From NCBI GenBank assembly GCA_040954595.2, contig CM082581.2, forward strand, positions 7,338,059 through 7,402,058: 64,000 bases of DNA, in the 5' to 3' direction. Shown here one piece after another: positions 26,401-39,000 of the stretch. The stretch is from Balanoglossus misakiensis (lineage: Eukaryota; Animalia; Hemichordata). The notes below the pieces were generated by a model. It saw nothing but the letters and a program-made list of their open reading frames with translations. It did no database searches and was not told the origin of the DNA. Position 1 is the stretch's first letter; the number at the start of each line of letters is the position of its first letter. Position numbers and translations under genes: made by a program.

Positions 26401-28449
26401 CGAATCTGAGTGTTGTGACATCATTTTGAAGTTCACGTGTTGCATCAGTTCGATCCCCAATATTTGCCCTCTTTCTGCCATTATGATCGACGAAACATTT
26501 CAGACTGGTTATTTTAAGTGAAAGGAAATTGGATTATACGGTCAATTGGGGCAATTAAGGTTTCCGGAGACAAGGGTTATATTCCAGTCCACGAATCCCT
26601 AGTGCATATCTTCAACCGGATTTCGCTCAATAGAAATGATAGACGTCTTGCTGGAATCTAAGAATGACATCAGTTATAAAATATATATATCTTTTTAGAT
26701 TCAACGAATACCTGACAATATTGGGTGATAATTTTAGGTAATCATGTTTCTGGTCTTTGCGGCTCATGGGCCTTTGATTTAGATTCTATGTCGGTCAAAC
26801 GTGAGTAATAACATTTAATTGGAAACAACAAAGGGATCGATTTGTCTTTTCCCCATGGTTACTGCACGTTGATTGAAAAATTATCCGCCAAACTGTTGTA
26901 TTACGGAATAGTTCTCGTTGGCAGAAAAACTAGGTGTGTCATGTAGGTTGTTAGTTATGAGTAAGCTCAATTGTTCGAGCAGGTCTGCTTTAATGTGATT
27001 ACTGGGATTTGAGTTTGAGACAAAATAATGGTCGGTCTTTCCTTGGGAAATGACCGAGAAATACCACGAGCATAGAAAGTCAGATGCTGAAACGCGCAGT
27101 ATACAATTTTATGAGAACTTCACGGAACTCGCCTATCAATATAATTGTTTTAGACTGCATATGCTCTCCTTAGCAGTAAATAAATTCCCAAATGATCTCT
27201 TTACCAGGAGTGGCGATTATTTTCGCTGAACAAGACATTGCGTATGTTTAGTGTCAAAACGGACTACTAAGGTCTATATCCAAAATACAGCAACAGATGT
27301 CTCAAGAGGATTCATTGTGTGAATGGACAAGGGGAAAATCATCTATGCATACCAGTCCCCCCATACAGTGAGACGAAATTACACAGTAAGAAATATGAAA
27401 GCATGGAAAAAATTGACACCAATTTAAAAAAATAACAGGCAAGTACCAAAGGTCAACGTGTGCTATAAAACACGGCATCCATGCGCAAATATAACCGAAG
27501 TCGACATATAACAAGATTGCTAGACAATTCAGTGGGGGCCGACCGCCTGTCTGGGAATGCTCGAGTGTCGCATACTTTCACTGTGATTTGTTGGTCAGAT
27601 GTTTTACCTACAGCTTCTTGGCAATTAACCGGGTCTGCTCACAATGTTATGACTTCTTCAAGTCTCCCTTCACGTCCCTATCTCAATTTATATCGTCATA
27701 AACGAAAGCATTGTCGTGATTGCCGTGTCAAAGATTGTCAAAATGAAAAATATAAATAAAATTAAAATCTCTCCTCTGATCGTCTTAATTTAATTGCTTA
27801 ATAAATTTGGTATGTCGGAGTTTATCAAAATTGGACAAATATATACAGCATACTTAACCCTCCCAGGGGTGGGGATCGATGATGTTATTGCGTAATATGA
27901 TGTTAACCTTTGACATTTGCACGCCACACAAAAGGGGAAAAAATCGTCGTTTGGTTGGTTGATATTGGTACTGCGGTTCTGTGTGCAGTTACATAAAATA
28001 CGTGAAAGCGCCCTCCCAACTATATTCCAATACAAACTCATGACTTCCAAAGCCTCTCATATTGTACAATGACAACATAGCCATTCAAGAACACGGTGCG
28101 GCTATTTCACTAATTGGATAAAATTATCGGGAACAACTTCGAAACTTACTAGTTTTTATCAAAGATTGATTTTTTTACCCGGTCAATATGACAAGAGATT
28201 TTCATGTCAATCTCGATACAGACGACCGACTTCACTGAGATGGTAATCGTTTAACCTCCGAGGGCATATCATTAAAAGAAAGTGGGGAGAAAAACCGTCC
28301 CGGATTGACCGATCGATCAAGCCAGCCTATATTTATAACATCACTTTGTAATTGAAGTTACCAGTCTGTGTGACATCTTGATAATATGTTCTATAATGTG
28401 GTTTTAGAATGAAGCGTTCCAAGTGAGCAGGTAAATACAGGAAAATACA

Positions 28450-28958
28450 TGTGGCGGTGTCACCGTGTGGATCTGCCTCGGGCGCTTGTGGGCGCATAGG
28501 GCTGCCGCTGCCGGGTGGGCGCGCGTACGTGACTGCTCCCCGGTGCGGACTACAGGCGAGAAGGGGGCCCCGCGAGACACGACGCGCTCGTCAGCAGCAC
28601 GACAACAACAACAAACGCCGACCGCCGTATTTATCTAAGGAACGTTAGTAACCTGAGGTGCCCGCACAGTCTCGGTAACATGTGAGACACCTATGTGTCA
28701 AAAGTACAATACCAAAATACACAACTTTTCAACTTCACAAATAACTGCTCACTCGTCTCAAATCATCAACATCAACTCAACAACAGCTATCGCTAGTTCT
28801 AAAACTGCTCATCGATGCATATCTCAAGAGTGGATTGCTCGGTTACGACTCAGAAAATAACTGATTACGAAGAGAGTGCTTACCTATAGTAATACACAAA
28901 CAGCGGCCATGTAAGACACCTATGTGTCAAAGGTCAAGCTTGGGGAGTTTCCCTCACA
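28450..28958. mobile_element. Probable solo LTR (about 509 bp) with imperfect TSD
   Basis: TGTGGCGG...CCCTCACA termini (TG...CA, partial inverted repeat), an abrupt GC-rich start and an A/C-skewed body like the 3267 LTR. Internal 24-bp direct repeat at 28679-28702 and 28908-28931. Flanks TACA/TAAC do not match perfectly. Confidence 0.5.
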
Positions 28959-31900
28959 TAACTGACACTAGGGGGCGGCCCGCTGAAGTCTTCAAACAAT
29001 GTAATCCATCCAATATCAAAGATTGAACACAATGAACAATAAAATATGATTTTGTAGGGAAATTTAAAACTGAAATTATCCAATGCAAGTAATACCCGGC
29101 CACATACATAAAATTACTAAACATAGCAATGGGGTTGATGTGCATAAGCATTTTTCTGTAGCAACAATAAATTTTCTGATCATCAATTAATCTATAATAG
29201 TGATTGGGAAATGTATATTGTGGTATCTCTTCTTAGCTATAGCAACACTGCAGTCGGCATGTTTACGCATATGTATGCTTGCATGCAGACATGTAACTGC
29301 CTGTTTGCTATTCCAGACATTCTCGCTTTTAATGATTTCTCGTTTCGATGTGTTTAATATTACCTGGTTTTTCATGCCATGAATGCAAAGAAAAGAAGTT
29401 TGAAAAAAGTTTTCAATCTTTAGAATGTAATGACACTGAAATGGCCAGGAAATTTAGTTAAACATGATGATGCCAGATGACATGATTTCTGTGTGGTCCA
29501 CAAAGAGAACGCGATGTGACATCAGAAATGATAGGTGAGTCATTTAACTACTTGAAAGTTTGTAATCATAGTTGGCTGAACAGGATATTACGTTGACAAT
29601 GTCACTTTTGTTAATTTGATAATATTCTACAAACTGATGATAAATGGTGTGAATTTGTCATGTGCGCGTCGGTTCGATTCAACGTCAAAGCGAGACGCTA
29701 TAATTGAAGTGTCTCTCGAGACACGGTTAAATAATGCCTTTGTATAAGGAAGTGGGAACGAAGGCAAACAGCCAGCCAATCAGCCAAATGGAGAATTGAT
29801 GGGAATGCAATACACCCCCCGAGACATCTATCGGCTCGGTCTGATCGTGTTCCGGTAAACTTTTGTTCATTCGCTTTCGGAGCTTAACCGAAACGTGGTC
29901 TATCGCCTGTCATTAAAAAAAAAGGGAATCGCGTACCTTTGAAGCTGGTCGTATGTTATTGATGGCGAGCCCGATATTGTTATGGCATTTCACGTGGACA
30001 CAGGCAGACCTGCTGTGCCAGCGCACGCGTAATGCATCAATCGACCCTAGCCCGGAGCCACTGTCAATAAGCATTGCAGTCACCCCGAACTGTGGCTGTT
30101 GTCAGCAAAACGTGACGATTTGAAAGTTTAAGCCTGCTTTGCCGGTAAAGCACTCCAATATTCTGCCTGGTGGACATCTTTGAGGTGTATTATGCTCGAC
30201 ATTTGTTGTTTTGGATCTTGAGCTGTTTTAAGGTTTTCGCGCGGTAAATGCCGTTGTTTGGTCGTTCGGTGGGATCAAAGCTGAGTACCGAGTGCATCTA
30301 ACGTCATCACCTAGCATCTAAGGCTGCTCGCACGTTCGATTACTAGTACATACATTCTTTTTCTTGTTCGAACGCGTGTCAGATTGCCGCCAGGACAACC
30401 GAGAGACAGATTATTATTGATGGTTATGGGAGTGTATGTTCCATGTTTGCTATGAAGTCCGTGTTTCCAGTACGGCCATTGATCACGATCGTTTACGGCA
30501 CCGTTTTGTCAGAAAAAGCTGTTCACACTTCCTTGCACGCATTTTGGGTAGAAATATTCGCGGTTGTAGTGAGAAACATAGTAAATCGCCATTCAAGTGC
30601 GAAATCATAATGATGAAAGCAGAATTATATTAGAATGTCTACATGTATTTTGTGAACAATTATTGACTAGAAAGAATGAGGATACTCGAAATAACTCAAG
30701 TAGAATTGAATATTGCAACAGTATTACGACCCAAAGACGCAAATACATGTACATGTATGCACCCTGCGACGAGGAAATGGCCATCATCTGCGATGCGCAC
30801 AGCAACATATTGGACATTCCATGGTGCATTCCCACGAAATTTAACTTGAACGTGGAATAAATTAAATTTGCATTCATCAACTGATAGAGATCAAATAAAG
30901 CTGGTCCCATCAAATTCCACAAATGCTTGGATTATAGTTTAATGCTTTGGTGGGGTTTGTCTTGCTCAAATTTTGTAGGAATATACGGTTGGCGAGTTTA
31001 TCACACATGAAATGACTAACACGCGCTACGCAACCCGTCTGATAAGGCAATTCGTATTCATTTCTGCTTTGAAGGATTATCGATCTCGCTAACTCCGTCT
31101 CAATCTGGTTGGGGTGATTTCTGCTGGCGTAATCTTTGCTTTCATTTAGACAATCCGTCATGGAGTTCTGCTTACGCAGAGCAGACCTCGTTTGATGTCG
31201 GCAGTCTGACCTATGCCCCGCCCTCCCTATCGGAAAACATGTCAATAAGATGATGACGTACACGTATAGGTTGTGTAATTGTTTTGCACGTTGGCAGCAT
31301 CGTGATAACCAGTAACAACCTGCTGCTTGAAATGGTTCAACGGAAATGAAGTTCCGTGAGGGGACGACGGCGATAGAACTGGCGACAATTGCTGATGACA
31401 AGACGGAGACTTCTACCTGTCCACCAACTTTGGTAAAATCGTAGTGGGCATTATTTAGATAACGATGATCAGGTTGAGACAAACAGGCTGACGGACGGAT
31501 TGGCGGACATAAATCAATATTATACATCTCTTCGACATAAGCATTCGTGTGTTAACACGGACATATTCTTTTGACGTTTATTTTCACTGTAAGCACTTAA
31601 ACGACAAGCAAATATTTCTTTTGCTAAACAATATGTATAACCTCACGCGCGAAAAATAGAAAAAAAGGTTAGACATAAACTAAGCATTACGCCAACTTGC
31701 ATACTAAAGTGTCACGCGCACATGTGAGGGCCTTTCAAAAGATAGATTCTTGATGTTCGGTCACGATTTACGTCTGAAAGCTTTTCCCATAATAATTGTC
31801 AGTATTAGACACAACAGCTTGTTAAATTTGAGCAATAACTAATATTTGCGGAGCCCCCCCCCCCCGCAAGGAATTAATTCCTACGTATCAAGTCAAAACA

Positions 31901-32919
31901 TAAATCTGGTACTGATATTAACTGTCGAAATGTCAGTTGGACAATCAAACGGTAAACTAAGTTGTTGTGACACAATGAAATATTAATTGCGTTTCTACCG
32001 GGGTATGTATAAATAACTCTTTAATAACTGTGAATTATATTTCAATTTGCTGTCATCTTATCACCAAATGATGAAATAGGGTCACTAATCGAGCACAGCC
32101 TTCAATACAGATTGGGTTACCGTAAGTAACGGTATATATGCTTCGCGGTGTCCCAGTCATTTCAGATTGAATGCTTTTGCCTAATCACAAAAATGCCGCC
32201 GAAAGATTGTTTACAGTGTCACGATTTAGTTTCCTAAAAACCGTCGTGGTTTTCCGAACCAGTTTCGTAATGAGAAATTTTCAAAGGTATGACCCTTGAA
32301 AAAAAAATCCGTTGATCCCAATTTAGTGGAAGTGAACAATGTTTGCGTTCACTTTGAAGTCTCTCTTCTCTGCAGAAAATGCAGCTTAATGAATCAGATT
32401 ACAGACTGGCAAATTGGGACCTCAAATTCGTATCTTGTCTCATCTTATCTTTATCATATAGGTGTGTAAAGCGCCGAGTTTCTCGACAGGCCATGCGTGA
32501 GTACTATTCACCGATACATGAATGGTAAACAGAACGTGCTAGATTTCTGAGACAAACAAGCTCAAACGTCATCAGTCAGTGTTCAGTCGTTTGACTGCGA
32601 CCGCTTCCTGTGACGTAAAACCGTAATGTGAACTATAGCGCCACTTGTGGACACTGAGGGTGGGCTGACACCTGAGGACATTTACCTTTTTAGTGTCGTC
32701 TGCACACCTTTCTACCATGATGATTTTAGAATGCTTTATATTGGGGACTTCTCTGTTTGTCGATCGTCGCGTATACGTTTGTTTCACTGAAAAAAACCCT
32801 TAAAGAATCGAGTGTGGAGGCAATTTCACGAAGTGTTGCTTACACTGGTACAAGAACTATGCTTTATGACGTTTGGTCATTGCGAGACTGCAACGTCTGT
32901 TAAGATTGTCTCGTGGTCA

Positions 32920-33249
32920 CTAAGATAGTATGCGCCTCAAAAGCTTTCTCTCATATTTTGCTCAAGCAACTTTGGATTATTCTCTCTTAAAGTTAGAATA
33001 CAGATTCGTGGTCACCGTGCAAAATTTCGAAAGAGAGAGCAACATGTTTGAAATTCAAAATGGCCGCCAATCTCTGTGGTAACTCTATGGAGAAAAATTT
33101 ACAGTAGCGTTCTTTATGAAATCAAGATGGCGAACACCATGTTTTCTTCTTTGATTTCAAATAGGCTCCTCACACACTTGAAAGAATCGAAAGGTGCGGA
33201 GGTGTATCATTTCTATGAAAATCTGTCCCCGAGGCGATCGTCAGCTTAA
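32920..33249. mobile_element. Degenerate TTAA-flanked non-autonomous DNA transposon (Kolobok/piggyBac-type MITE)
   Basis: Left end (c)TAAGATAGTATGCGCCTC and right end GAGGCGATCGTCAGCTTAA are a decayed inverted pair (core CGCCTC/GAGGCG) with TTAA-like flanks. Superfamily is inferred from TTAA only. Confidence 0.45.
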
Positions 33250-33568
33250 TGGTGTCAGTACTTCCGTTTTATAAATCTGACACTCTGAAACTCGACACTT
33301 GCATTGATTGTGTTTCTCCGATACACGATAGTACAGATAGTTGTTCCATTTCTGACAAACTTATTGATGGCGTAATGCATACAATTTTCAATTATACAGA
33401 TTACGACAGATAATATGTCAGCCTGTCTGTTGAGTATCATGTATTTGGTAAATCACCTTCAGATTATTCGTCGGAGATGTTATCAAAATGTAATCGAACC
33501 ATCGTTGAAGATTATTGACGTCGCACTAACTTCGACAACAATGACAATTTTATAATAAACATCACGTG

Positions 33569-34080
33569 TTACATGGAATGGGCCTTTAATTTAATCTTGA
33601 AGCTGTTGAGAATTGAAACCTGTCCAAAAAACTCAATAGGTAAAGAATTCCACCGTCGATCAGAAAAACACGAAAAAGGCACGTTCGCCATATGTTTTCC
33701 CGCCCAAGCATAGGTACGCGCGACAGATGTTTGGGATCGCACAGAAAGGAACGACCAGGTTTTACGCAAAAGCGATCACAGATGTAGACGCAAGGCACGC
33801 CGTCAAGAGATTTGTGATCTCCAGGTAGAGCTGTGATTGGCAAGTGTGCTTTGAACTAGCATCAATGGACTCCCCAGTGAAGTGCCGGAGATATGTGAAC
33901 CTCTTGAAAGGCTATAGTAATTCAGGCAGGTGTATACATGTATGTCGTCTGACCTCGTTGTTATGCATTGATGCCGGAGTCGTGACGATAAAACGATGCG
34001 ACCAGTTGAGCATACAGTGAAACATTTACTCAAGCAAATAAGATATACCCTGATGGATCAACTTTTGCGGAATTGGATAT
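33569..34080 (-). mobile_element. Decayed 3' end of an L2/CR1-clade LINE ORF2
   Basis: Minus-strand frames give QFRKS*SIRVYL...LSSRL, HKSLDGVPCVYICD, RVP...KTYGERAF and RRWNSLPIE...NSFKIKLKAH*. These match the typical L2-clade post-RT C-terminus (IRxYL..SRLDYCN..KTYGxRAFS..WNxLP..FKxxLKTH), with stops and frameshifts. Confidence 0.8.
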
Positions 34081-34633
34081 ACACTGACCGGTGTGGTGTG
34101 ACAAATTGAATTCTGAAGACTGAAGCAGGTTAAGGCGACGCTGCGTGTTACCTGCGAGATTATTTTTTCACAGTCATAATTGAACTTTCATTTACACTTT
34201 CACAGCAAAAAAGCCAATATAATGATATGCAAATGAACACATCTAGAACACGATAGCCTATTTGTAATATTTCTAGCGCATAACCTTTGCCGGGAGAGCA
34301 TTATTCTGATGCAACACTGTTTCTTCCTATGCGCTATTTTAATGAACAATTTTATCGATTAAATTGAAGCATGGAATCTATCTCACTTCAACCGACTGCA
34401 CCCTTAAGCGTATTTGCTTCGTTAAGTAAAATACCATTTTGTCGATATCAAAATAAATCGATTTGAAATCCACTTTAAACTCGATGGATTGTGCGAATTA
34501 CACAATCACCTGATTTTGTTCGCCCCCATTAGTCATTCTGTCTTTTATAGATCGAGTGAAATGAACACTCGTGAAACACCTGCCTTAATCATTACCTGTA
34601 CTGTATGTTTACTGATATGTTAAAGACCAATCT

Positions 34634-34948
34634 CTACTCGTTTTCACATACCCAACTAGCGAAAACCGTAAATACTACAGAGCATTCATGTCCGTTACCC
34701 GATCTTGACACCACCAGTAAGTCTTCTTGGTTAGTGAACGTGTAGAAACTAGAACGACATGATGTTTGTGTTAAATTTGAAATATGTGAACTTGACTTCT
34801 CCGTCCATTCCTGGCATTTCTCAAATCTCATTTGCAGGCGTTCCTTGGGAACGTTCTCTAATTTGTTTATCGTCATCCCAGGTGGTGACTTTGGCATCGA
34901 TCCCTTCCTGTTATTCAACTCCCGCCTCCTGAAAGTTTTACCTTTCAT
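34634..34948 (-). CDS. Unassigned 104-aa ATG-initiated ORF (possible small gene or first exon)
   Basis: ATG start and a charged N-half (RRRELNNRKGSMPKSPPG...RFEKCQEWTE); a possible donor GTATGT near the end. No family recognised, so it may be a chance ORF. Confidence 0.15.
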   Translation of the reverse strand: MKGKTFRRRELNNRKGSMPKSPPGMTINKLENVPKERLQMRFEKCQEWTEKSSSHISNLTQTSCRSSFYTFTNQEDLLVVSRSGNGHECSVVFTVFASWVCENE

Positions 34949-35780
34949 CTCCAGTTACAAGTAGGTCAGACATTTTTTCCAATATGCTGATGGATTGCCT
35001 ATGCACATATGGGTACGTTCGACAAAATTTGCAAAACCACGGAGCGCAGAGACACAAATCATCCACCAGCTTAGCTAAAAGCCTGGGTCGATCGGTGGAT
35101 TGCAATGTCGACGAGATAACATTAAACATTGACTGTGTATACAAACTACATTGTATTCGTGACTTGCCAGATGCATTAAATCCAGTCCAGGGAGACGGTG
35201 GGGGGGAAATTTGGCACGTTTTGAGAAATCCCCGAGTTCAGAACTCAATTAACTACCCATTACCACAACATGGCGTCATGGTGACTTTCTAATGAATCCT
35301 CGAATACTTTAGCAGGGCTGTCGCTGTCAATGTTAAAAGGCAACGTGGCGTATTATTCCATTCGGTTCGATTTCTATGCAAATGTCTCTCCCAGGAAGAA
35401 ATGAAGGTAGGTCAAGTGGTGTTCAAACGTAGCGTGTGCATCCTCGATGGCTGTGCGCTGGCATTATTCGGAATGGAATGGGAACGTATTCATTTTTCAA
35501 ACAAGTATTACTGGTATTTGCCAGGCTTAGAAATACATCACCGAGAATCGGATCTGAATGCCATTAATTAGGCCCGGACAATTCAAGTGTAGCTGCAAGT
35601 CCCACGCAAGACGTATCTCACTGAAGTCGACTTGGAAACCCCACAAGCTGCATATTGTCATACATGAACTTTTACTTGTATACTTCGATGTTGTTGCTTT
35701 ACTCAAAACGGGGCGTGAGAGATGTGTTGAAGCAGATGATCACTCATTTTTGTTGAGAACGTGAATGTTTCAACCGCAAG

Positions 35781-35859
35781 ACGGAAAGTCGGTACAGTAA
35801 TGACGTCAGTGACGCGTCGAATTCCATCAAACAAGTTCTAGGGAGAGCAAAAAATGGCG
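35781..35859 (+). promoter_or_regulatory. Promoter-like motif cluster (full CRE, CRE half-site, YY1-like AAAATGGCG)
   Basis: TGACGTCA at 35801-35808 immediately followed by TGACG, then AAAATGGCG at 35851-35859 overlapping an ATG, then a CpG-rich stretch. Confidence 0.35.
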
Positions 35860-36030
35860 TCACTGTCAAATAACGATCCGCGAGGGGATCGCTCCCTCAC
35901 GGCGGTCGTGCGGCAGAAGGGCAATCCCAAAAGTCTGGCCTCTTCCGTAGTACACACCCCTGGCGCCGAAATACATATCGGGTCCGTAAAGATTAACAAC
36001 AACTATTTTGTTTTGCAGTACCTACTCTAG
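35854..36030 (+). CDS. 58-aa micro-ORF or first exon with a RHIM-like motif
   Basis: MASLSNNDPRGDRSLTAVVRQKGNPKSLASSVVHTPGAEIHIGSVKINNNYFVLQYLL*; strong Kozak context (aaaATGG); shorter than any ORF in the supplied track, so not listed there. Confidence 0.3.
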   Translation: MASLSNNDPRGDRSLTAVVRQKGNPKSLASSVVHTPGAEIHIGSVKINNNYFVLQYLL

Positions 36031-39000
36031 TTGTTCAATATCAGTGGTTTAAGATTGGAGTTTAAAAATAAAACTATCGAATATCACCCCGAGTCACATT
36101 CAATTGACGTTTAGTATGCGCGTCCCTTGTTGACAACCAAGTATTCCTTTCGCTATACAGAATGCATAGAATCAGGTGAGAAAATATGACATGATTTGGT
36201 CAATTCTGCGTTAAGTTTAGTTCGTTTACGTTTGTAAAGCACATCGAAATGACCCAAGTATACATGTAGTTCTAATTTGCATAACAAGGACACAGGAACA
36301 ACGCCACCTGGCCGCGTCCACATTAAAATGGGGGGGGGGGGGGGGGGGTTGACTGTCGTAAGTTTTTTTACCATGCCGTGTTTCCTACTATACATATACG
36401 TCTCAGCATGTTACAAGCCAGCTTGTCTCAGAGGCGTGGAATTTGGCCGAAATCTGCCGCCGCCGGAAGTAACCGATCGCTAACAGATAGCACGGACCTG
36501 GTTGAGTGAATCATAAAGCAAATCAGTTTTGACACATGACCGCAGTTAGGCCGATCACATTTTACGACGAATTCCACAGTTCTCGGCTAATTTTACGCCG
36601 TTTGGTGTGGGTTTTTTTCTCTCGGCAAAATCTATTGATTACTGGGTGGCAATTGGCTCCGGGGCGTTAATTAATTTCGTAAAGTACACAGCCAGAACCA
36701 TCTTCCGATGATGGCAACCTATGTCAAAGCTATTACACGGTGCGCTCGGGGTTCATTGCGAAAAAGGGGGAAATCGAATTGAGGTTGCGCGCAAGTTCTC
36801 GTATTGCTCGTATCCGTTCGCCCCCTGAAGGCAAATCTGCGATGATGCGACTTTGTCAATTTCACAGCCGGTAACCGGATAAAAAACAACCTGCGCTTTG
36901 GCTTCGATCGTGACTGTCTTATGTGTTTATCCGAGAAAGTGTTCCTTCTCGCCTTTGGCTATATACTAGTAACTATTCAGCGTTTGCCAAGTATCTCTAC
37001 AGACGCCTACCTGACATCACACCCACACACATTCACACATACTGTATATACACACTGTCCGTTTTTGATGCCAGCTTGCGAGGTTTTGGCCTACTGGTAT
37101 AACAAGCGTACGGTTGTTACGCAGTACAAGTGCCTCTGGTGTTATTTACAGGACTAGCGCGTGTAAAGAAGCAGCTGATAATTCTTGATAAGTGAATTAT
37201 AGCCAAGCGTTCAAAGGGAGCAAAACAGTACAACATGTATGCTATGTTCAGTTCATCACCTGTATGTTCAGCTGCCATGCAGCTTTTCAAGTTGCAACGC
37301 GGGCCGTGTGAATGAATCGCTCACAAGGGGACAGCGATTACCATTATTCATAGAGTAATTGTGACTGGTTGAGCTATAATCGTATTCATCTCGCATGTTA
37401 ATTTTCGAGTGTCCCTAGAACTAGTGCTGTTATTGTTAGCTAAATGCATATGGTATCTATCTATTGCTATGATCATCAATACGCATCTGAACATTTTATC
37501 TGCAAGGTGACCTTCGTTCATTTTTACGGCGCTGAACTGTTTTTCTAGCGAATTAAAATTTCGCCATAACCCTTGACAATTTGATAACTCAAAATCGACA
37601 AAAGACACGCGAAATCGGACACAAGAAGGTTGCAATTGCTTTTGATGATAACAATCTCAACCGGATTGATCCCGGCTCGACGAGTTGACTCACATTTTCT
37701 GTCGACGGACTAGAGCCCTCAGAGGTCGAACTCGGTCAATTTTACACTGCAGCTATAGGACACAGAATGATGAAATATTTTATTGAGCTGTTTGTGTTCA
37801 CTTCTGGCTGTTGAATTTTATGTGTGACTGGACCTACCAAATAATCCAAGTACAAGCTTTTCCAATCATCCCACCACACTCTACAAAGATTAGGCATTAT
37901 GAGAAATCTTCTTTGTCGCAGCCGGACAACCTATCAGAGATGCAGGCAAACTCCGATCTTAAGATATTCCATGCCATTGAAACGCCAGAAATCACAGACA
38001 GGGTAAACCGTAGCTGCAGTGTAAACGCAGAAAAATACTGAAGAAATATCAACATTACGACCTTTCTGGGCCTTTAATGTGATATTACATTTTAAGTTCA
38101 GAGATTAACGAAAGGCGCAATTATATTAAGTCACAAAACGAAATATCAATTTCCTCCACGGTAATGAATTTCCTAAGGTATTTCTTTCATGGACCGACTG
38201 AAGGAATAGAGCCACGGGAAAACAGTGGTGCTTAGAATTGCAGCCAATCTACCTTGATGTGTACACACAATGCGCACGTCGGGTTTCCAATAGGGTTGCG
38301 TTTGAATTTGCGTCATATAATTTTCTGTCTAGGTCACTATAAATGAAATAAATTTAGTGGTCATATAAATAATTAATGCAATATGACATTGGCTTGTGCG
38401 AAGCAATGCTCTTGTGGTTTAAGCTTCGCAAGTTAAATTTTCATTATGAACAGTAATTCCTTGAAATTAGTTTTTTTTTTCATTCCACTTAATCTGTAGC
38501 CACACCTTGCGACTGGTGATAGGAACGACCGTATCAGGTCAAAGACGTTGTATGCGCTGCATCAAATATCCCAAGGAATCACATATACACCAGGTGCCAC
38601 TGTGGAGCAGGGAACGGCGGATCAATCATGTCGCCACTGCTTCCTTGTCATGTCAACCTGTGCCCATGAGAAACTTTCATCAGTTACCTTGACTTTCGAT
38701 CAATGGCAACAGCACGCGTCCACAGTGTGATGTCTATTTCCCACCTGATGCGACAGGTCGATAGTGCGGCCCTGCTGTGTTACACACACGTCAACAAGTA
38801 TAGCTGAGTCAAGAGTTAGGCAAACTCGATGTAACACTGCCAGCCCCAAGGCGACGCTTTTTCACGTGCATCAGGGGATAGTGAGTCAAGTGGTTGGTCG
38901 AGATATCTGAGATCAAAGCCACTGACAATCGCTAAAAAAAGCTGCAACGGAGATTCATATCTCGTTCAGCACACACGTCATTGACGTGGCCGGGTGTATG

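Noticed and set aside
25976-26521. 181-aa plus-strand ORF
   Set aside because: Composition looks like translated non-coding DNA; no motif or splice support.
30910-31527. 205-aa minus-strand ORF
   Set aside because: No recognisable domain and random-like composition; cannot be supported without expression data.
34797-34807. 11-nt match to the 5' end of miR-184 on the minus strand (TGGACGGAGAA)
   Set aside because: The rest of the mature sequence differs and there is no complementary hairpin arm.
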